Assembly: GCA_012813795.1 (NCBI GenBank)
Contig: GCA_012813795.1_4087.1
Reading direction: 5' to 3' (one strand)
Origin: a phage
DNA: 64,000 nt
Shown here piece after piece: positions 8,357 to 17,850 of this stretch; position 1 is the first letter of the stretch; the number at the start of each line of letters is the position of its first letter. Below the pieces are notes generated by a model. That model made no database searches and had not been told where the DNA came from. It was given only the letters and a program-made list of their open reading frames with translations. The position numbers and the translations under genes are program-made.

Positions 8357-8778
8357 GATGTTTTTGTTCCTTCCCTTGCCTCTCGTTCAAGAAACTCTTG
8401 GATTATTGAATTTTGTCGTGAACGAACAACTATTGTCATTAACAAAAGTATTGATGATGCAACACCAGGAATGATCTCACCCATTTGAATGAAATAAACT
8501 GTCAGTAATGCAAATGGTACAATAGTTACTGAACTGATCGTTTTCCACCCAAAGTCATTCGCAAAGTTGTTTTTATCTTTCTCGTCATTATCCATTGCAA
8601 TTGTTAGTAACGTAATAAGAGCAGCCAAACCCGCACACAGGCAGTATCCAACAATAGCAATAGTAAACCACGCTGGATTAAGTACTGTACCAATCGAATA
8701 CTTTGTGCATAATACGTCAATTAGACATAAAATACCAAATGAAAAGGGAGCGAGTAATAGTTTATAGTATGTTCTCAT
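8353..8778 (-). CDS. multi-pass membrane protein (141 aa)
   Basis: About 4 hydrophobic segments; same architecture as the adjacent gene. Confidence 0.55.
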   Translation of the reverse strand: MRTYYKLLLAPFSFGILCLIDVLCTKYSIGTVLNPAWFTIAIVGYCLCAGLAALITLLTIAMDNDEKDKNNFANDFGWKTISSVTIVPFALLTVYFIQMGEIIPGVASSILLLMTIVVRSRQNSIIQEFLEREAREGTKTS

Positions 8779-9221
8779 TATAAATCTACCTTTGTTGTTG
8801 GAATTGACTTCCTACGTATCTCTTCCGCAGTTTGCATGTCTTCGTACTCCTGTGCAAACTTGTTTTGAACCGTTCGCATACGTTCAAGGACAATAAACAA
8901 AATCATTGCCATGCCCATATATGAATAGTATTCATAGTTCAAAGCATAAATGATACATGGAATGAACGGGAGTGTTAGATACCACCCATAGTGTTTAAAT
9001 TCAAAAACTACTGCATAGAAACGTCTTGCATCGTCTTCATCACTAAAGATCATAAAAGCACTAGAAAAAAAGACACCAAGAAAAAATAAAAGTGAAAACA
9101 CTGAAACTACTGTTTGGTACTTGTTATCATCTGTGACTTGAAAGAAGTCCAGTACTGGTAATGAAAACCAAGACAAAATACCAAGAAGATAAATGTATTT
9201 TACGGATTTGATAGAAATCAT
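8778..9221 (-). CDS. multi-pass membrane protein, paralog-like of 8353..8778
   Basis: About 4 TM segments plus charged C-tail; start moved to the ATG in an ATGA overlap with the upstream stop. Confidence 0.5.
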   Translation of the reverse strand: MISIKSVKYIYLLGILSWFSLPVLDFFQVTDDNKYQTVVSVFSLLFFLGVFFSSAFMIFSDEDDARRFYAVVFEFKHYGWYLTLPFIPCIIYALNYEYYSYMGMAMILFIVLERMRTVQNKFAQEYEDMQTAEEIRRKSIPTTKVDL

Positions 9222-9676
9222 TTTAAACCCCATGCTTGTTTGATTAAGTTAATTTGACTTTGATTTACAACTTCTTTTTTAGCTGCCGCTTTTTCTACCT
9301 TATCCATCACATAAACTTGTGCATCTTTATCCAACATAAACTTACCATCAATCAAGTTACCAAATACTTTAGAATTTCGTGCTGGGTAAGGACCAATCTC
9401 ATCAATGGTTCGTACTTGTTTATCTACAATGGTCGCTTTAATGAATCCAGTTTCCAGTACTGTTGTCATTACTGTCATTTCAATTGCAACAGGTGAATCT
9501 TCCCAGTAAGCCACCCACTTGGTAAAGCCACGATCTTTATCAGATTTTGTCGCTTTTAATTTAATAGAAGCATTGAAAATGTACTGTTTGAAGTTTCCTT
9601 CAACCACTTCACTGATACTCAAGTACCCTTCACGTTGCTCGGTATTGCGTTTAAATTGGGTAGCTAATACTGTCAT
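9218..9676 (-). CDS. hypothetical protein (152 aa)
   Basis: ORF track; downstream of promoter 9726..9754. Confidence 0.55.
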   Translation of the reverse strand: MTVLATQFKRNTEQREGYLSISEVVEGNFKQYIFNASIKLKATKSDKDRGFTKWVAYWEDSPVAIEMTVMTTVLETGFIKATIVDKQVRTIDEIGPYPARNSKVFGNLIDGKFMLDKDAQVYVMDKVEKAAAKKEVVNQSQINLIKQAWGLK

Positions 9677-9725
9677 GGTTGGTTCCTCATTAGATTATAA
9701 ATTAGTGTTGTGTTTCATTGGTAGT

Positions 9726-9754
9726 ATCTTATCACTTCACCTATAGCCTGTCAA
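9726..9754 (-). promoter_or_regulatory. sigma-70-type promoter
   Basis: TTGACA-N17-TAAGAT. Confidence 0.55.
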
Positions 9755-10205
9755 GAACATCTGTAGTTTTATTTTGTAGTGCTTTTAGGATCAAACGAAT
9801 ATAGTACGGTGGTAAAACGAATCTTTCCATTGAGTTATATGAAAGATACATATCACTAAGTTTTAGTTCAGAACTGCTGTTACCTGGTTCTATAAAATGG
9901 ATCACCCCAGGATTTTTCATCACAACTTTGTATCCATTAACATTGTTGATAGCATTTCGACAAACCAGTTCAATGTTTGCTAAATCACTAATACTATAGT
10001 TTAGATTATATGATGAATGATATGAAGACACAACTAAAAATTCTTTGGGTAACAAATATGTCCAAAATAATGATTTAAAAAAAGCAAGATTTCCCTCAAA
10101 CTTAGATATAGATTTACTATATGCAATATGTTCAACATCATCAATGATAGAAAAAATCAATTGATATACAATAACAAATAGACTAATACATATCAGTGCT
10201 GTCAT
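9741..10205 (-). CDS. N-terminal-TM protein (154 aa)
   Basis: ORF track; MTALICISLFVIVYQLIFSII hydrophobic start. Confidence 0.5.
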   Translation of the reverse strand: MTALICISLFVIVYQLIFSIIDDVEHIAYSKSISKFEGNLAFFKSLFWTYLLPKEFLVVSSYHSSYNLNYSISDLANIELVCRNAINNVNGYKVVMKNPGVIHFIEPGNSSSELKLSDMYLSYNSMERFVLPPYYIRLILKALQNKTTDVLDRL

Positions 10206-10528
10206 TCATCAAACCCTCGTATGTAATTAAAAACTTCTACGCATTCTAATGTTTTTTCATCATCATTCATGTCATAGCCTTGAAGGAAATCTTCACGATC
10301 AACTCTCTTTGCCATCAAGTCAGTTTCTGAAATCATGGAATTGTAAAATGAAAACATATCCTTATAGTACTGCTTATTGTGTTGTTCATCCTTTACCTTA
10401 GCATAACCAGCACAATATGATGGGGATTTAACATCCTTCCATCGCACTTTATCAGCATAAACTGGATTGATGAAGCACGTAGTTAAGAATAGTACTGCTA
10501 CTATAGCCATGAAGCTCTTTAGCATCAT
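10202..10528 (-). CDS. secreted protein (108 aa)
   Basis: Signal peptide MMLKSFMAIVAVLFLTTCFINPVYA. Confidence 0.5.
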   Translation of the reverse strand: MMLKSFMAIVAVLFLTTCFINPVYADKVRWKDVKSPSYCAGYAKVKDEQHNKQYYKDMFSFYNSMISETDLMAKRVDREDFLQGYDMNDDEKTLECVEVFNYIRGFDE

Positions 10529-10767
10529 TATACCTCTTCGACAATAATATAGATTTCAACATCTTCACTGGAACTAAGATTTACTCTGTACTCAATATCA
10601 AGGATCTCGTACTGGGTATCATATGTATTTGTGATTGTCAGTACTGAACCAATAGATGGAAGTACTGGGAAATTCAATACATGTTGTACTGAACTAAATG
10701 AAAACTCTTTCTCACCGTTATATTGATTAGTAGTGTATTCATTTACTTCAATGTTACATTTAATCAT
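10528..10767 (-). CDS. hypothetical protein (79 aa)
   Basis: ORF track. Confidence 0.5.
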   Translation of the reverse strand: MIKCNIEVNEYTTNQYNGEKEFSFSSVQHVLNFPVLPSIGSVLTITNTYDTQYEILDIEYRVNLSSSEDVEIYIIVEEV

Positions 10768-11348
10768 AGTGGTAGCTCCTGTAGTGGTTTAAGAATACTC
10801 ATAACTGGATGGTTCTCAATTAATGGACGACCTGGTACACCTGTTAATACTACTGGAATAGAACTAATGTCTTTTACGTAATTGAATCCCTCAAACGTAA
10901 ATTCTTGTTTTTTCTCATTATACAAGACCCACAGAATAACATCAGCTTTTTTCTGAATGTTTTTCAATTGTCTAGTACTGACACATGGACCAAAGTCTTT
11001 CCATGATTTATACTTAATACCTTTTACTTCTATACGCAACCCATTTACTTTAATGTCACATTCACCATCACGTCCATCACATTGGAATGCTGGATCAATG
11101 TTTAACTTAATACCAGTACTGGCTTCAATTTCAGAGAACAATACAAACGATGCGTGTTCACAAACCATTCCAACAAAATGACTATGAGCGTGATTAAACC
11201 CATAAGGTGATTTGTTTTCAGGTGCAAGAACTTGATATCGCTCAGACTTTTCGATTGCCTTCGCCATGAAAGAATCTGCTTCATCAGAGTATAGTTTCAC
11301 AGTCATCTTGCCATTTTTAACAATTAAACGATTTTCTAATACATTCAT
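10764..11348 (-). CDS. possible PD-(D/E)xK-fold nuclease (194 aa)
   Basis: DGRDGECDIKVNGLRIEVKG resembles D...E-x-K; start moved to MNVLEN (AAGGAG SD, downstream of promoter 11377..11404). Confidence 0.35.
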   Translation of the reverse strand: MNVLENRLIVKNGKMTVKLYSDEADSFMAKAIEKSERYQVLAPENKSPYGFNHAHSHFVGMVCEHASFVLFSEIEASTGIKLNIDPAFQCDGRDGECDIKVNGLRIEVKGIKYKSWKDFGPCVSTRQLKNIQKKADVILWVLYNEKKQEFTFEGFNYVKDISSIPVVLTGVPGRPLIENHPVMSILKPLQELPL

Positions 11349-11376
11349 AAAATACTCCTTTTCACTATTAATGTAC

Positions 11377-11404
11377 ATTATACTCAAAAATACAGGTCTG
11401 TCAA
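11377..11404 (-). promoter_or_regulatory. sigma-70-type promoter
   Basis: TTGACA-N16-TATAAT. Confidence 0.6.
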
Positions 11405-11426
11405 GGCCGATTTTCACCCTCATTAT

Positions 11427-11434
11427 CATAAATA
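11427..11434 (+). promoter_or_regulatory. possible T4-type late promoter element
   Basis: CATAAATA (7/8 match to TATAAATA) 36 nt upstream of the ATG at 11470. Confidence 0.25.
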
Positions 11435-11469
11435 TTTTATAAGCATTTCAACAATGAGGGGTTTGTTTT

Positions 11470-12627
11470 ATGTCTAGAACCATAGCTGATACCGGTGAAT
11501 ACAAGTTCGGTGAATGTGGTTATATCGTGGATGGTGCTTTACTAATCGATGGAACCAAATTAAAAAATATAAGAATTTACAGGCAGCGTAGTTATAAACT
11601 ATTTGATATTATAGATCCTGTAACAAACAAAATATATAGACGCGTACAAATTACTTCTTATGATAAGGTAGGAAATTTACTTAACTATAAAAAATCCGAT
11701 GATGAATTATTGGATGTTATTGCAAAGAATACTTTCTTTGTTCGTGGATACACTAATCATTTGAAACCTACAGATCCAACAGGGTTTGTAACTAAATTCC
11801 AATTACACAAAACGATATTTGGAAACTCCGATGTTACTTTTGATATGTACACACCAACTTGTTCAATTATTGATCGTGATATAGATAATATTTTAGTTAA
11901 TCCAGTTCATGTTGGGGATACTGAAATATCGGGTAAACTGTTCAATGCTGGACAAACCATCAACACAACAGGAATGACAATTACTGTAAAATTTTCAGAT
12001 GGGTCCGAGTATTCAACGAGTACAATAGTCAATGATGAATTCATTATAACAGTACCGGAAATTATGTCAACCGGAACTGCAACTATAACTCTTACGTCTG
12101 ATTTTTATAATACAAAAAGCGTTGATTTTAATATATTAGATGTTGGTGAGGATGACGGCTTAACCACTACTGTATCAGTAACTACATTCAGTACTGGGCC
12201 TGGTGATGTGTATAGTGCAAGAATCCCTGCTGATGTACATGGGCGTGGTAATAACTTAGCTATTCAGGTATATGATAATCATAATAATTTGGTATCTGCT
12301 GGCATTAATGTTAGCTCTACTGGTGATATTACAGTAACAATATATGATAATACACCTATAAAACTAAGTATATTGGGTAGTACATTACAAACATCTCCAT
12401 ATGTACAAAATGTCTCTTCTTCTGAATGGACACGCAATGGTGAAATGTATGAAATTAATATATCCAGTACTGGACACTTAAAAGAATTTGTTTTTGTTCA
12501 AGTATATGATAATAACAATGATGCAGTTCAATGTGAAATTCAGCTTGATGATGATGAGAATGTTACAATTACTTCTGTCGAAGCATTTGATGCAAAGATT
12601 GTAGTGTTTGGTTATAACAAACAATAA
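11470..12627 (+). CDS. beta-sandwich repeat protein (385 aa), possibly virion or surface associated
   Basis: Only plus-strand CDS; GAGGGG SD; internal repeat [IV]QVYDN-x-NN-x-V...G[DN][IV]T[VI]T occurs twice; terminator follows. Confidence 0.7.
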   Translation: MSRTIADTGEYKFGECGYIVDGALLIDGTKLKNIRIYRQRSYKLFDIIDPVTNKIYRRVQITSYDKVGNLLNYKKSDDELLDVIAKNTFFVRGYTNHLKPTDPTGFVTKFQLHKTIFGNSDVTFDMYTPTCSIIDRDIDNILVNPVHVGDTEISGKLFNAGQTINTTGMTITVKFSDGSEYSTSTIVNDEFIITVPEIMSTGTATITLTSDFYNTKSVDFNILDVGEDDGLTTTVSVTTFSTGPGDVYSARIPADVHGRGNNLAIQVYDNHNNLVSAGINVSSTGDITVTIYDNTPIKLSILGSTLQTSPYVQNVSSSEWTRNGEMYEINISSTGHLKEFVFVQVYDNNNDAVQCEIQLDDDENVTITSVEAFDAKIVVFGYNKQ

Positions 12628-12655
12628 AAAAAAGCCTCCATATGGAGGCTTTTTC
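12626..12655. terminator. bidirectional rho-independent terminator
   Basis: A8-GCCTCC-ATAT-GGAGGC-T5 between convergent genes. Confidence 0.8.
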
Positions 12656-12662
12656 GTTCTCA

Positions 12663-13505
12663 TTACATAAAGTAATTGCGAATCACATATTCTAATGTTT
12701 TATCTTGGTGCTGCACTGCAACGGAATAAATTAGATTTTTAAATCCATCAATAGCAGCTTTCGATTCTTCTTCACCAAAATTCTTACTGATACTTTCGAA
12801 CATATCTTGTGCACGTTCAGAACTAACAACACTGTCAACGAATGCTGAAATTTCAGCACGCAACTGACGATCAAGCATATCACCAATCAGAATATCATCT
12901 GACTGTGAATCATCGTCGGTTTGTGCTGTGGTATCAGAATATCCAAAGATATCTTCAGATAGACCAAATTTCTTTTTAGCACCAGTAAATGCGGATTTCA
13001 CTTTAGATTTTACATCTTCTTTTTTGGAAGGTTGTTCTTGGGATTCAGGTTCTTCAGTTTCATATTCTTTTGTGAACATATGAGACAGCACTTGGTCAAG
13101 ATTATTAATCATACCATTTAACTTAGATTCTGCTGCGGCCCCCACGACTTTAAATGCTTCTTCATAAAGCTTATCTTCAGCCTTAGATTTTGCAGTACTA
13201 ACAGTTTCAGTGATTTTATCAGTACAATTTTTAAGAAGTTCAACAATTTCAGAAGATTTGCCATTTAGGATCTTATTGACCAACATATCCAACCCATCAG
13301 TTGGTTTGGATTTGTTTACTGGTTCACCATTTAATACCATTGCTAGTTCTTTTAGTGCAGCGTTAGATTCAAGACTAGAATCGAATTCTACCGATAACGT
13401 TGCCCCATTTGTCAACTCAATGACGAGATTATTGATAGACACATAAGAATGAGAATAAAGATCTTTATTGAATGATACAGTTTTGAATACGATAATGTTT
13501 GACAT
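12663..13505 (-). CDS. hypothetical acidic protein (280 aa)
   Basis: ORF track; start moved to MSNIIVF (GGAG SD). Confidence 0.55.
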   Translation of the reverse strand: MSNIIVFKTVSFNKDLYSHSYVSINNLVIELTNGATLSVEFDSSLESNAALKELAMVLNGEPVNKSKPTDGLDMLVNKILNGKSSEIVELLKNCTDKITETVSTAKSKAEDKLYEEAFKVVGAAAESKLNGMINNLDQVLSHMFTKEYETEEPESQEQPSKKEDVKSKVKSAFTGAKKKFGLSEDIFGYSDTTAQTDDDSQSDDILIGDMLDRQLRAEISAFVDSVVSSERAQDMFESISKNFGEEESKAAIDGFKNLIYSVAVQHQDKTLEYVIRNYFM

Positions 13506-13515
13506 TTGAACTCCA

Positions 13516-13857
13516 TTAATTCCCAGACGCGGGAAAGTTTTTAAACATATAGTGACATTGTACCAGATTTTCGAAAGTAAGTCCAAAATCTAGAGTAACC
13601 ATCAGAGTTTGATATAAGTAATGACCAATCTCATTAGTTTCCGCATCTTTAAGATAGATTCCGAATTCAGTACAGCAAAATTGAACAACTTCATTATAAT
13701 CGATAAATTGTGATATTACAAGTACTTGGTCATATGAATTTGCATCAAAGCGAACCATGAACATTTCATTTGTTACAGGGTGGATAATAATACCACCCCT
13801 TGATATGACCTTTTCGTAATTATCACTCAAAAAATTAATTGTTGAGCTTAAATCCAT
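13516..13857 (-). CDS. hypothetical protein (113 aa), possible distant EEYFQ-family relative
   Basis: Start moved to MDLSST just after the upstream stop; C-terminal YLYQTLMVTLDFGLTFENL resembles the family helix. Confidence 0.45.
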   Translation of the reverse strand: MDLSSTINFLSDNYEKVISRGGIIIHPVTNEMFMVRFDANSYDQVLVISQFIDYNEVVQFCCTEFGIYLKDAETNEIGHYLYQTLMVTLDFGLTFENLVQCHYMFKNFPASGN

Positions 13858-13858
13858 A

Positions 13859-14071
13859 TTATGCCTCGTTATAGAGTTTTCGTCCCGTGAGATGCTCATC
13901 TGCACAGAACTTCATTAAAAATGCTTTTTGTGAAAATCTCTGAAGCATTGAAACAGTTTCTTTTTTCATGTAAGCAATCTTATTGTCTACATCTAGCATT
14001 ATATCATGCTTTACGTTTAATTCCTGAATTGTTTTGTAAATTTCAAAATTTCGTTCTTTCATAGCCACCAA
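13859..14071 (-). CDS. hypothetical protein (70 aa)
   Basis: ORF track. Confidence 0.45.
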   Translation of the reverse strand: MVAMKERNFEIYKTIQELNVKHDIMLDVDNKIAYMKKETVSMLQRFSQKAFLMKFCADEHLTGRKLYNEA

Positions 14072-14372
14072 GATCCTCTAGTTCCCAAACAAGTTCTTTT
14101 GCTTCATCAATGTTATGGATGATTTGATAATGTCCAGAACTTGATGTTAGACGACTACCGTTTTGAGTAATGCAATAACCCCATGTTTTTGACTCATTAT
14201 GCATATCTCTCTGAAGTTTATATGGAGATTGTGGTTTCTTTTCTGCTATGTTTTCAGTATATAGGTCTTTTTCAATTTCCATACCACGAATGTGTGCATT
14301 CTTTTCAATACAACGGCAGATGATTATAGTAGCACAACATATTACAGTGATAATTATAGCATACATTTTCAA
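14043..14372 (-). CDS. N-terminal-TM protein (109 aa)
   Basis: MKMYAIIITVICCATIIICRC hydrophobic start. Confidence 0.5.
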   Translation of the reverse strand: MKMYAIIITVICCATIIICRCIEKNAHIRGMEIEKDLYTENIAEKKPQSPYKLQRDMHNESKTWGYCITQNGSRLTSSSGHYQIIHNIDEAKELVWELEDLGGYERTKF

Positions 14373-14797
14373 TAACCTCTACTCTTACTAGTATGTTCAT
14401 TTATTGCATCTACCAGGTCATAACCCTGATAGTTAATACCATCAATTATAACTTTGTACTTATTACGTACCTTTGTGCCATCAGTTTTGGTCCAAATTGT
14501 GTTGTCTGGTGTAATAGATACAGTGTGATTTAAAATGAAATCAAACATCTGTTCCTTTGATAGTACTGTGACATTTTCAGTAATCATATCTACATTGATA
14601 CATTCACGAGTATGCTCAACACCTTCAAAAATGGCAACACCTTCGGTTTCTTTCAGTTTCTGTGCTTGAGCTTTAGCCGTTCCCATATCATCGGCATGAA
14701 CTGTTTCTGTACTGTATTCTACATTTAGTACGTTACCAGTATCTACGTCTTTCCATGTGTCACGAAAATGAACTTTAATCTTTGCTGTATTAGACAC
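14369..14797 (-). CDS. hypothetical protein (142 aa)
   Basis: ORF track. Confidence 0.5.
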   Translation of the reverse strand: MSNTAKIKVHFRDTWKDVDTGNVLNVEYSTETVHADDMGTAKAQAQKLKETEGVAIFEGVEHTRECINVDMITENVTVLSKEQMFDFILNHTVSITPDNTIWTKTDGTKVRNKYKVIIDGINYQGYDLVDAINEHTSKSRGY

Positions 14798-15254
14798 GAC
14801 CGCTTACCTCATTTTCTTTCAATTTAGAACATACATAGAGAATAGCACCCAATTCGTCACGTGTCAAGTCCTGTAGGTCATATGCCACCTGCATCTGAAA
14901 GTAACTTTCATCACTAAGGTCAGTGAATTGGTCAACATTTTCTACATGCACAAAGAAGTTTTTGGGATCATCATTGTAATGTGAATTATAAGGTCTTATT
15001 GAAAACCCATGACTGTATATATCCAATACGAATTTAGCATTTAAATAGCCCTCTAAATCAAGAGATGCAAGAATCGAATTGGATCTTTCAAAAATGTCCA
15101 TGAAATTATTACGATAAGATCTTGCACAAATCAGTACATCACCGAGTTGGATATCAACTTTCTGTCCAGTCTTGGATTCAGCTAACCCAATGATGTACTC
15201 CATAAACCCAGGAAAATATTTCCTGGATTTAATATCTTTCAGTACTGGACGCAT
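14790..15254 (-). CDS. EEYFQ-motif paralog family member
   Basis: SDESYFQMQVAYDLQDLTRDELGAIL. Confidence 0.6.
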   Translation of the reverse strand: MRPVLKDIKSRKYFPGFMEYIIGLAESKTGQKVDIQLGDVLICARSYRNNFMDIFERSNSILASLDLEGYLNAKFVLDIYSHGFSIRPYNSHYNDDPKNFFVHVENVDQFTDLSDESYFQMQVAYDLQDLTRDELGAILYVCSKLKENEVSGRV

Positions 15255-15700
15255 TACATGTACCTCGCAAAAGAATCAATCTCTTCTGCATCAATCTTAA
15301 TCATATCTTCTGTACTGCTTGTGAAGATGATATGTCCATCAGGTGTAAATTGCAACCTCTGATTGATTGAGTACTGCATATTACATGAATCATATTCACC
15401 CCAGTCAATGACATATGATGCCATTTTGTCATTTGCACCGAAGAACACAACATGAGTAACATCACGCTCTGACAGGCGATCTACCAATGAAGTTCCGTTG
15501 TAAAAATCAGCCTCCGTGTCTTTCTTAAAGACAATAGCAAACTTCTTCAGTACTGATTCAATTGACAAACCATTAGCATAACGATATGCACGTTGCGATT
15601 CATCACCAACATACATGTACAGAATGTCAGTGAACTTGAAGTTTTGAACTTCACAGTTTTCAAATACTAGTTGTACTTCTTCAATGTTACCAAATGCCAT
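15254..15700 (-). CDS. hypothetical protein (148 aa)
   Basis: Start moved to MAFGNIEE (GGAG SD, downstream of promoter 15732..15760). Confidence 0.5.
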   Translation of the reverse strand: MAFGNIEEVQLVFENCEVQNFKFTDILYMYVGDESQRAYRYANGLSIESVLKKFAIVFKKDTEADFYNGTSLVDRLSERDVTHVVFFGANDKMASYVIDWGEYDSCNMQYSINQRLQFTPDGHIIFTSSTEDMIKIDAEEIDSFARYM

Positions 15701-15731
15701 TTTATATCTCCGTGTACTCATATGTAATTCG

Positions 15732-15760
15732 ATTACATATAGAAACAATTTAAATGTCAA
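15732..15760 (-). promoter_or_regulatory. sigma-70-type promoter
   Basis: TTGACA-N17-TGTAAT. Confidence 0.5.
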
Positions 15761-15790
15761 CCCATTCAAATCAGACAGTTATGTGGTCGT

Positions 15791-16258
15791 TCACACTGTA
15801 CCCTTATTTGGAATCATTGCACTTAATCTTATTAAATCACGAATTTCTTCATATGTCAAGTCATGGATATCATGTAGAGTTTGAATCTGGAAGTACTGTT
15901 CTTCGGTTAATGGATGATAATTAGCACCAACTTCAATGTGACAGATTTCTGTGCTCTCAATAACTGAACTTAAATCCAAATTAACAGCATTAAATGGTGT
16001 TAAATGTAATGTAACACCACCGGAATTCACAATTACAGTGTATGTACGTTCGGTTCCCCTGTACATGTGTAGCCTCAGTGAGTGAATTTTCTCAAATGAA
16101 GTTGCAGCCCCATGAAGTTTATATGCATATATCTCAATGCTATATGAAGCATTCCATTGTGATGGATGATAACGGCACATCTTTTTTACCATCATGTCAA
16201 TTGCAGCACCCACCATACGACCCAAGTACTCACGATTAACTACTTGATCAAATCGCAT
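15791..16258 (-). CDS. EEYFQ-motif paralog family member
   Basis: LTEEQYFQIQTLHDIHDLTYEEIRDLI. Confidence 0.6.
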   Translation of the reverse strand: MRFDQVVNREYLGRMVGAAIDMMVKKMCRYHPSQWNASYSIEIYAYKLHGAATSFEKIHSLRLHMYRGTERTYTVIVNSGGVTLHLTPFNAVNLDLSSVIESTEICHIEVGANYHPLTEEQYFQIQTLHDIHDLTYEEIRDLIRLSAMIPNKGTV

Positions 16259-16659
16259 CTGAAATCCTCAATAAATTTCTGTACTGAAACCATCAACTCA
16301 TAAGGAATTCGCATATCTTTCACAGTGCTATCCTGAAAGTACTCTTCTTCAGTAGTATACAACTTACTAGCTGCCATTTTAACATCTTCAAAATCATCAT
16401 GAAAGAATTCGTTCTCATTGACAATAACATTAATACGTGCGTCATTAACCAATGTACCAGGAACTAGGTGAATTCCAAATGATAGACCACTTTTAATATC
16501 CTGAATATGGATAGTCAGAACACCATTATTCAGATAGCACCAGTTTTCATCTCCGAAGTAAACGTTCAATCCTTCACCTGGATAACGAAACTCACCATGA
16601 TTATCAAGTGCATTGATGATCATTTCATTGTATTCTGTACTTAACTTATAATTTTTCAT
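16240..16659 (-). CDS. EEYFQ-motif paralog family member
   Basis: TTEEEYFQDSTVKDM. Confidence 0.6.
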   Translation of the reverse strand: MKNYKLSTEYNEMIINALDNHGEFRYPGEGLNVYFGDENWCYLNNGVLTIHIQDIKSGLSFGIHLVPGTLVNDARINVIVNENEFFHDDFEDVKMAASKLYTTEEEYFQDSTVKDMRIPYELMVSVQKFIEDFRCDLIK

Positions 16660-17129
16660 TCGTCCTCTTCCTCATATAGTTTGATACATTCAACGAAGTT
16701 TTTTGATAGTGCTTTATAAAAGTTATAATCAAAAACTAAATCATTGATTAAACTTTCCTGAAAGTATTCTTCTTCTGATTTATAATCTAACTTTAAATTA
16801 TCATCAGATGACAAAACTCGAACAAAGTGTGAGGCTCCATCTTCAGTACTAATATCGTAATAGATATTAATACTAATCACTATCTTGTTCTTGGTTCTTG
16901 GTTTCGTTAACTCAATTGTACAGTGCCATCCTTTGAGTTTGATTTCTTCAATGATAACATATTCATCCATGTATTCAAAGTAAATTAATGAACAGGAACG
17001 ATTAATATAAACACCCGGATAATGGTGTCTATCAAACATAAATTCTATCTTAGAGTTTTTAATAATTTCATCTGAAAGCATTTCAGTACTGATACCGTAC
17101 TGCATTAATACATCACGTATATTTGTCAT
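16656..17129 (-). CDS. EEYFQ-motif paralog family member
   Basis: KSEEEYFQESLINDL. Confidence 0.6.
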   Translation of the reverse strand: MTNIRDVLMQYGISTEMLSDEIIKNSKIEFMFDRHHYPGVYINRSCSLIYFEYMDEYVIIEEIKLKGWHCTIELTKPRTKNKIVISINIYYDISTEDGASHFVRVLSSDDNLKLDYKSEEEYFQESLINDLVFDYNFYKALSKNFVECIKLYEEEDE

Positions 17130-17521
17130 AACTTACCTACGACGTAACAGATTCTGCGTAAGTCAAAGAATGAAATTTTACTCAAATCATACACAAAGCA
17201 TAATTGCTCATACATTTCTTCTTGTAACTCATACATTACAGGATCAATATCGATGGCAATCATCTTGTCTATATCAATTTCAATATGATCTTTGAATAAA
17301 TCAATGGATATGTCATTAGTCGTAGTGATGTTATCAATGGTTATAAAAATGTTATCACAATTGTAAAACTCGGTTAAGTATCCATTATTGTATGCACCAA
17401 CAGTAATAATCCCATCCTTATGTGTCAATGTATGACGTTGTACAAATTCATTAAGTCTAACAAGATTGTACATATACTCAATAGCATCGGAAAAGATATC
17501 GTCTTCTACAACCAAATTCAT
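17126..17521 (-). CDS. EEYFQ-motif paralog family member (divergent)
   Basis: LQEEMYEQLCFVYDLSKISFFDL; start moved to MNLVVEDD (AAGGAG SD). Confidence 0.5.
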   Translation of the reverse strand: MNLVVEDDIFSDAIEYMYNLVRLNEFVQRHTLTHKDGIITVGAYNNGYLTEFYNCDNIFITIDNITTTNDISIDLFKDHIEIDIDKMIAIDIDPVMYELQEEMYEQLCFVYDLSKISFFDLRRICYVVGKL

Positions 17522-17534
17522 GGTGTTCTCCTTA

Positions 17535-17570
17535 AAAAGAAAAAAGGCCGATTCAATTTGAATCAGCCTT
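17535..17570 (-). terminator. rho-independent terminator
   Basis: AGGCTGATTCAA-ATT-TGAATCGGCCT followed by T6 on the minus strand. Confidence 0.7.
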
Positions 17571-17571
17571 A

Positions 17572-17600
17572 AGTATAACATTTGTGGCATTGAAAGTCAA
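17572..17600 (-). promoter_or_regulatory. sigma-70-type promoter abutting the terminator
   Basis: TTGACT-N17-TATACT; predicted start falls inside the 5' arm of hairpin 17535..17570. Confidence 0.5.
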
Positions 17601-17850
17601 TACCAAAATCAAAAGTAATAACCTAGAGGGAGGGTAGTTATTACTCGTTTAGTGACATATATAATGATAAACAGGAGGTAAAAAACATTATACATGTTAT
17701 ATCTCTCCAGAACTACAATGATAGGTACTGGACCTGGAGAGAATGGAAAGACAAACCACTCACAGTACCATTTTACGACAAAATATGTGATAGCTTCTGA
17801 AAGAAAAAGGAGGATTCAGTACTGCTCCAGAAGCTATCGGTATAACATTT
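17601..17850 (-). other. 250-bp intergenic region with three long hairpins (possible leader or sRNA)
   Basis: Stems AGTAATAAC/GTTATTACT, CTCTCCAG/CTGGAGAG and GATAGCTTCTG/CAGAAGCTATC; two CAGTACTG copies. Confidence 0.35.

Noticed and set aside
16240-17129. The family motif EEEYFQ[DE]S resembles the TEV/NIa protease site ENLYFQ[GS], which suggested a built-in cleavage site, perhaps for the HslV-like peptidase.
   Set aside because: P1' is usually D, E, Q, L or Y rather than G or S. P6-P3 vary. The motif continues into a conserved helix (SL[IV]xD...L[TS]xx[DE]L) typical of a folded domain core rather than an exposed linker. No 3C/NIa-like protease is visible. I treat it as coincidence.
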